A stretch of DNA of 64,000 nt from Hadesarchaea archaeon (GTDB taxonomy: Archaea; Hadarchaeota; Hadarchaeia; Hadarchaeales; Hadarchaeaceae), in NCBI GenBank assembly GCA_029259175.1, contig JAPDJH010000002.1:96001-160000 (forward strand), read 5' to 3'. Made by a program: the position numbers and the translations under genes. Below are positions 58,431 to 64,000 of the stretch, in pieces; position 1 is the first letter of the stretch; each line of letters starts with the position of its first letter. The notes below the pieces were generated by a model. The model was not told the DNA's origin, did not search any database, and saw only the letters and a list, made by a program, of their open reading frames with translations.

Positions 58431-59511
58431 CGAGCTTCGCGCATTGCTTTCGGCGGCGCTCGCCGGTGATGAGCTTGAAGTCCAAGACATCACACGTCTG
58501 CTCTCGGTCCGAGGATCGGACGTCTCCATCGTCATCCGCGCGGCTGACGAGCTACGCGAGCGACTCGTGGGAAACATTGTGACTTATGTTAAAAACCGCA
58601 ATCTGAATTTCACCAATATCTGTACAGGTTCTTGCCGCTTCTGTGCCTTCAGAAGGTCTCTAGATGCTCCCGATGCATATGTGTTGAGTGAGGCCCAGAT
58701 TCGAACCAAGGTGCGTGAGGCCAGAGACGTGGGTGCCACCGAGGTTTGCGTTCAAGGAGGTCTCCATCCCGACTTTGGCCTCCAAGACTACATCAAATTG
58801 CTACACATCATCCGCGAAGTCGCCCCTCAAATTCACATTCACGCCTTCTCCCCCGCCGAAATCGATCACATCTGCAAGCAGGAGGGGATGGAGGTGTCCG
58901 AAGTCTTAACAGAGCTACGCAACGCGGGTTTGGACTCGATGCCCGGAACCGCTGCCGAGATCCTTGTAGATCGTGTGCGCGCGCTCATTTGTCCCGAAAA
59001 AATATCGGCTAAGCGGTGGATCGAGATCATCCGCACCGCACACGAGCTGGGAATTCCCACCACCGCCACCGTTCTGTACGGGACTGTCGAGCGTCCTCCA
59101 GAACTCGCGCAACATCTCCAAATCATCAGGCGAATCCAACGGGACACTGGTGGTTTCACCGAGTTCGTTCCACTTGCCTTTATTCCATTTCGAACTCATC
59201 TTTTTGCTACAGGCATCCATCATCCCCCTTCTCTGTCCTACAGCTTACTGGTTCACGCCGTCGCAAGATTGGTTTTTGCTGAGCTGATCCCGAACATCCA
59301 AGCTTCTTGGGTCAAGCTAGGTCCAGATGGGGCATCGCTCATGCTGCGCGCGGGAGCAAACGATCTCGGCGGCACTCTGATGGAAGAACATATCACGCGC
59401 GCAACCGGCGGAACTCGCACGAGCATGAGCGAGTCCCAACTCCGGCACCTGATCGTGCGTTCAGGACGTATTCCAAAGCAACGAACGACTCTTTACGGGA
59501 TTCTGGACTAG
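58390..59511 (+). CDS. cofH: FO synthase subunit CofH
   Basis: NRNLNFTNICTGSCRFCAF, HIHAFSPAE, SMPGTAAEIL, NIQASWVK, NDLGGTLMEE. Confidence 0.95.
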   Translation: MWTEYQTRLDIETSELRALLSAALAGDELEVQDITRLLSVRGSDVSIVIRAADELRERLVGNIVTYVKNRNLNFTNICTGSCRFCAFRRSLDAPDAYVLSEAQIRTKVREARDVGATEVCVQGGLHPDFGLQDYIKLLHIIREVAPQIHIHAFSPAEIDHICKQEGMEVSEVLTELRNAGLDSMPGTAAEILVDRVRALICPEKISAKRWIEIIRTAHELGIPTTATVLYGTVERPPELAQHLQIIRRIQRDTGGFTEFVPLAFIPFRTHLFATGIHHPPSLSYSLLVHAVARLVFAELIPNIQASWVKLGPDGASLMLRAGANDLGGTLMEEHITRATGGTRTSMSESQLRHLIVRSGRIPKQRTTLYGILD

Positions 59512-60836
59512 AGAACTGGTAACAGCTTTTCGATCTCCCAGTCGCTCACGTGCGCCGAGAACTCCTGCCATTCGCGCCCCTTGATGTATAGGAAGTGGTT
59601 GAAGAGATGATCTCCCAGGGCCTCCCGCATCAAGCGGCTGCGCTTCATCTCTCTCAACGCCTCACCCAGTGTTCCGGGCAGCGACCCGATCTTGAGCGCC
59701 TCTCTCTCCTCCGGGCTCATCCTGAAGATGTCTCGTTCGATGGGCTCCGGCGGATCAATCCGCTCTTCAATACCTTTGAGTCCGGCCGCCAGCATAACCG
59801 CAAACTGGAGATAGGGATTGCCAGCGGGGTCGGGATTGCGCAGCTCTATTCTCGTCCGCTGTCCTCTACCCGCCGGCACCCGGATGTAAGCGCTGCGGTT
59901 GAGATTGGCCCACGAGATGTACACGGGGGCTTCGTATCCTGGAACCAAGCGCTTGTAGGAGTTGACCGAAGATGCGAGCACAGCACAGATCTCACGCGCG
60001 TAGTGGATAAGCCCCCCAATGAAATAGAGCGCCTCTTTGCTGAGCTTGTACGGCCCGCGTGCGTCATAGAACACGTTTTTTCCCTGCTGGGTCATCAGGG
60101 ACTGGTGCGTGTGCATTCCGCTTCCGTTCACACCGTAGATTGGCTTCGGCATGAAGGTCGCATACCATCCGTGTTGATCCGCTATGGTCTTAGTAGTATA
60201 CTTCATCAGGGTCACACGATCGGCGGATGTGAGCGCATCGGCGTATTTCAGGTCTATCTCGTGCTGGCCTGGGGCCACTTCGTGGTGTGAAGCCTCGACC
60301 TCCAGGCCCATTGTGTTGAGGTAGTTGACGATCTGGTTTCTAATCGCCTCCCCTCTATCCCGCATGAGATCGAAGTAGTTCCCATAGTCGGTCGGTTTGG
60401 TGGTTGGATTCCCTTCCGCGTCCCGCATCAGCAGAAAGAACTCGTACTCGGGAGCAGTGTAGAAGACCCACCCGTGCTCTTTTGCCTTATCCATCATGCG
60501 CTCAAGCGCCCAGCGCGGGTCACCTTCGAATCTGTTGCCGTTGTGGTCGTACACCTCACACGCCAAGCGCGCCGTTTTCAGCTCACCCTCGGTCCACGGC
60601 AGAATCACAAAGGACTCGGGAACGGGTCTGAGCCTCATATCAGACTCCTCAATGGTTGCGTAACCCATTATGGAAGAACCATCGAAGAATATCCCTTCGT
60701 CCAAAGCCTTTGAAAACTGAGAGATTGGGATGGTTACACTCTTCACAGCCCCGAGGATGTCTGTGAACTGCAGCTGAACGAACTTGACGCCCTCCCGCTT
60801 TGCCAGTTGCAACACGTCTGTTTTGGTTCTTGTCAT
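59508..60836 (-). CDS. glnA: Glutamine synthetase type I
   Basis: FDGSSI, EYEFF, HHEVAPGQHEI, TFMPKP, NGSGMH, NSYKRLVPGYEAP, RIELR.PDP. Confidence 0.97.
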   Translation of the reverse strand: MTRTKTDVLQLAKREGVKFVQLQFTDILGAVKSVTIPISQFSKALDEGIFFDGSSIMGYATIEESDMRLRPVPESFVILPWTEGELKTARLACEVYDHNGNRFEGDPRWALERMMDKAKEHGWVFYTAPEYEFFLLMRDAEGNPTTKPTDYGNYFDLMRDRGEAIRNQIVNYLNTMGLEVEASHHEVAPGQHEIDLKYADALTSADRVTLMKYTTKTIADQHGWYATFMPKPIYGVNGSGMHTHQSLMTQQGKNVFYDARGPYKLSKEALYFIGGLIHYAREICAVLASSVNSYKRLVPGYEAPVYISWANLNRSAYIRVPAGRGQRTRIELRNPDPAGNPYLQFAVMLAAGLKGIEERIDPPEPIERDIFRMSPEEREALKIGSLPGTLGEALREMKRSRLMREALGDHLFNHFLYIKGREWQEFSAHVSDWEIEKLLPVL

Positions 60837-60934
60837 CTATCTCTCATTTCCCGAGCAAGATTTAAGCGTTAGGATTTGCCAAACCCTTTTGTTCCCAAAA
60901 ACCATTAAACGTTGTTCAACATTTAAGTTGAGTG

Positions 60935-61804
60935 ATGCACAGCGACAGAAATGCTATAGTTTTAACTTCCGGTGGTGCAGACAGCATTCCTCTGCTCTAC
61001 CACGTAGCGAAGAAAATCCGGCCCAGACACGTTATCGCCATCCACGCCGACTACGGTCAGCGGATGGCCGAACTCGAGCGTCTCGGCGTTGAAAAGACTG
61101 TCGAGCTTTTGTCCAGTAAGGGATATCCAGTCGAGCTGAAAACGGTGAACATCCGGTGGCTCGGAGAGCTTTCCACCTCCAAGCTTGTTCGGGACGAACC
61201 ACTGCCCGAAACACCCGTCAATGCCCTTCAAGATCCTGAGGCCGCTTCCAAGCGCATCCTGTGGTGGTGGGATGTGGTCCGAAATCTCCAACTGGTCACC
61301 ATAGGTCTGGCATTCGCGGAGAGTATCGATTTATCGTCCTATCTGCGCACGGGAAGGCGCAACATCTACGATGTGTACATTGGGATAAGGCGGGAAACCC
61401 CAGTACCCATGAAAGACAACACTCCTGAGTTTGTTGAGCTGATGAATCGTGTTGCAGATCAAGCGACCCATTTTGGCGGGTACCGAGTTCTAGCTCCGTT
61501 CATAACCAAAGACAAAGACGCGGTTATCAAATATGGTGAGGAGCTCGGAGTGCGATGGGAGTTCACGTTCTCTTGTTATACCAACGTGCGGGTGTGGGAG
61601 CGTCACCCTCGGGCCAATATCGAACTACCATTGCACTGCGGATGGTGCTCTAACTGCCGGAGACGAGCTAAAGCCTTCGTGGATGCTGGTGTGCCGGATC
61701 CCACTCTCTATCAGACGCCACCCCTACGGAACACAGAATATGCTCAAATCGGCAAGGCCTACATCCAGCGCGTTTTCCTCTCAGCCCAGAACCCAGATCA
61801 ATAG
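60935..61804 (+). CDS. queC: 7-cyano-7-deazaguanine synthase QueC-like PP-loop ATPase
   Basis: SGGADS, DYGQR, RN, D.tPEF, TFSCY...HCGWCSNC. Confidence 0.8.
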   Translation: MHSDRNAIVLTSGGADSIPLLYHVAKKIRPRHVIAIHADYGQRMAELERLGVEKTVELLSSKGYPVELKTVNIRWLGELSTSKLVRDEPLPETPVNALQDPEAASKRILWWWDVVRNLQLVTIGLAFAESIDLSSYLRTGRRNIYDVYIGIRRETPVPMKDNTPEFVELMNRVADQATHFGGYRVLAPFITKDKDAVIKYGEELGVRWEFTFSCYTNVRVWERHPRANIELPLHCGWCSNCRRRAKAFVDAGVPDPTLYQTPPLRNTEYAQIGKAYIQRVFLSAQNPDQ

Positions 61805-63733
61805 TAAAGACGCGATCGTGAAAACCACACTCGAGAGCACCGCGGACTTTGCCACCAGCGACCACAATTCGACACTGTCTCCCGGCGCCTTGATCACGGC
61901 GATATATCGGGCAATCACGGCCGAAAGCAATATGCTGGTCAGTCCCATAACTAAGCGCAGCAGAGAGAGTTCTGCGGCCTCCATCGCACCAATCATGAGC
62001 GGAACCCCTGCAACACCGGCAGCAGACATCTGAGCAGCGAGCGTGTACTTCATTCCCGACATGAAATTCATCACCCACACAGCCATTGCACACACCACCG
62101 GAATGAGAACTACTGACACGAGCCAGAGATTGCTCATCGCCTCATCAATACGTTCTCTAAACCTGCGTTCCACACGCTGCAGCGTTCGGAGAAACTCCGC
62201 CGCCAGCATGCAAGCTCTTCCGGCTGCGGCTTCGTTGTCTCGTCTTATTCGAGAAATTATGTGGAGAAACCCTGCTATGACCGGATTGTAACGCTGGCGA
62301 TGCACGATGGCCTCTTTCATGTTCATGCCGAATTCGTTCATACGCGAGCTTGCACCTTTCAGTTCGCTGGCTAGCGGCGACCCCTCCATGAGTTCTGCAG
62401 CCTCCACCATCGCGACCTGAGCCGGCTTTCCATCTAGCATTCTGGATCCAATCGTATTCAGAGCGTTTGCCCAATCCGAGACTTTTCTTCGTTCCTCATC
62501 GCGCGCCGCTCGTCTGTTCCTCGCGTACGCGTATCCATACACTCCGAGAGCTGCTCCGACTCCCCATACTAGCCACATGGTGGAAAAGCTCAGTGCGATT
62601 TGTCCCACCACTCCTTCTCTCACTCCGACCAAGTAGAGGACCCCAGGCCACCCCAGCGCCAGAAAACACACAAGTAGGATCACCCAGCTCGGAAACACGC
62701 GCGTGCCTATTCGGAGCTTTCCCGGCGGTGGTAAGCGCGGGTCGTCCTTCCAGCTTTCTATGATCTGGACCGTGGCAGGCCTGTTTCGCTCCATGTAAAG
62801 CGTGAACGCCGCAAACGAGACCACGAGAGCAGCAGCGATACCCACGAAAAACTTTAGGTCAACCAGCTGGACACCAATCATGCTGAAAACTGGAGAAAGA
62901 CCCACAGCTCCGATAATAGCCAGCGATCCAAAGGTTAGAAAGGCTAGAGTGGGCATCACAAGCGAGCCCAGCTTTTTTGTGAGTTGTTCTTCCGATCCCT
63001 CGAGCACACGGTTGGGCGCTTTAGCGATATCCATGATTCGCATGCTTTCGTCCTTTGTACCCGAGGATCGGAGAATGTCGAAGATGGCTTGGCGCACATT
63101 GTCATCAATCTCGCCCCATTCATTCGCTACAGACACCAACAAATGACGCACGGTTTCAAAGCGTCTCCGCTCATCGAGTTCAAAAAGTCCCCGTTGCAAA
63201 TCCTCCGCCAGTTTTCCTTCGCTGGCATCGGCAGCGTAGACCGTGGCTCCTCGGAGATCTGGTTTGTGGTAGAGGAAAAAGCTCAACAACATAACGGTGT
63301 TTATAGCCAGACTCTGTGCCTGTGCCCTGCGCGTAGAAGCCCGCACGGAGGGGTAGAGCTGAAAGACCAGCCCACTTAGACCTCCGAGCACCGACCCGAG
63401 TATTGGGAGATACAGAGTCTCTAACAGATCCCCTGATACGAGCCAGAGTATGAGAAAGGGGAGTATGGGCAGAAAAAAACTGAACAGCATCCCTGCTGCC
63501 CACTCTTCGTCACTCAGCTGCAGTCCTGAGTCTTTCAGATCTTTTTTCGTTCGTTCGCTAACTCGGTACTCGCGTACCAAAGCTCCAATGATTTTCCTCG
63601 CAAATCTGCAAAACTTCTCATAAAGGGTGTGTCGGCGTTTTGCTTTTTTTCTCTCGAAAACCCTGCGAACATCCTCTGGTATCGGAAACTCTGTTGGAAG
63701 GGACTCTATTGTTTTTTCAGCCAAGCGCGCCAC
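61781..63733 (-). CDS. Multi-pass membrane protein, archaeal type IV pilus/type II secretion F-domain (TadB/C-like) platform
   Basis: Two cytoplasmic helical domains each followed by TM bundles; lies downstream of a probable secretion ATPase end. Confidence 0.65.
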   Translation of the reverse strand: MARLAEKTIESLPTEFPIPEDVRRVFERKKAKRRHTLYEKFCRFARKIIGALVREYRVSERTKKDLKDSGLQLSDEEWAAGMLFSFFLPILPFLILWLVSGDLLETLYLPILGSVLGGLSGLVFQLYPSVRASTRRAQAQSLAINTVMLLSFFLYHKPDLRGATVYAADASEGKLAEDLQRGLFELDERRRFETVRHLLVSVANEWGEIDDNVRQAIFDILRSSGTKDESMRIMDIAKAPNRVLEGSEEQLTKKLGSLVMPTLAFLTFGSLAIIGAVGLSPVFSMIGVQLVDLKFFVGIAAALVVSFAAFTLYMERNRPATVQIIESWKDDPRLPPPGKLRIGTRVFPSWVILLVCFLALGWPGVLYLVGVREGVVGQIALSFSTMWLVWGVGAALGVYGYAYARNRRAARDEERRKVSDWANALNTIGSRMLDGKPAQVAMVEAAELMEGSPLASELKGASSRMNEFGMNMKEAIVHRQRYNPVIAGFLHIISRIRRDNEAAAGRACMLAAEFLRTLQRVERRFRERIDEAMSNLWLVSVVLIPVVCAMAVWVMNFMSGMKYTLAAQMSAAGVAGVPLMIGAMEAAELSLLRLVMGLTSILLSAVIARYIAVIKAPGDSVELWSLVAKSAVLSSVVFTIASLLLIWVLG

Positions 63734-63999
63734 TCTCCGAGTACTCGCTTGATATGGGGACCGTGCTGTTTGAGCAACGTGAAGTACACACCGTAGGCTT
63801 TGCTAACAAACGGAAGCTCAAGCACTTCTGGTTTCTGTTTGGAAAGCTGAAGCAGGTCGGACTTCACCCGGGCTTCCAAGAGTAGTTGTTTCAAGAAGTC
63901 GTCATCCTTGATGCCCAGTCTTCTGCATAGCTCAGGGATCAGGTGACTACCACCACGGCTGGGTGGAGCGAATCGCACTTTTTTCGCCGTTTTGGAGAG
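63706..63999 (-). CDS. C-terminal end of a gene cut by the window edge, probably a pilus/secretion ATPase
   Basis: Frame open to the edge; overlaps the TadC-like gene; identity comes from context only. Confidence 0.4.
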   Translation of the reverse strand, partial: LSKTAKKVRFAPPSRGGSHLIPELCRRLGIKDDDFLKQLLLEARVKSDLLQLSKQKPEVLELPFVSKAYGVYFTLLKQHGPHIKRVLGEWRAWLKKQ

Positions 64000-64000
64000 G

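Overview
This is an archaeal chromosome segment, probably from a thermophilic lineage related to Thermococci or Hadarchaeota. That placement is inference from the GC-rich 16S-tRNA(Ala)-23S operon, the 16S 3' end GGCTCGATCACCTCCT, and the archaeal-type aRF1, Gch3, CofC/G/H and S17e genes. Most of the window is housekeeping: translation, molybdopterin, F420, thiamine, riboflavin, tRNA modification and glnA. The notable elements are: (1) a group I (not BHB-type) intron at E. coli-equivalent position L1923 of the 23S rRNA, encoding a two-motif LAGLIDADG endonuclease, with a degenerate copy of its own intronless homing site between a TATA box and its start codon, which suggests autoregulation; (2) a complete 1470-bp ISA1214-like IS with TIRs, a 9-bp target duplication and a divergent small accessory gene; (3) a eukaryote-like topoisomerase IB; (4) a putative purine/pyrimidine catabolic cluster including an acyl-CoA ligase alpha-like subunit with no phospho-His loop; (5) a ~5.8-kb mosaic surface-protein island with duplicated beta-propeller genes carrying poly-G tracts (one frameshifted) and scattered fragments of a cell-surface protein; (6) an unannotated box C/D guide sRNA, a ferredoxin and a small ORF missed by the ORF track; (7) several enzymes with altered catalytic motifs (Cys-less thiolase, DacZ with EGT for DGA, MoaD ending in GG-E). 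All calls rest on reading motifs by eye; no searches were run.
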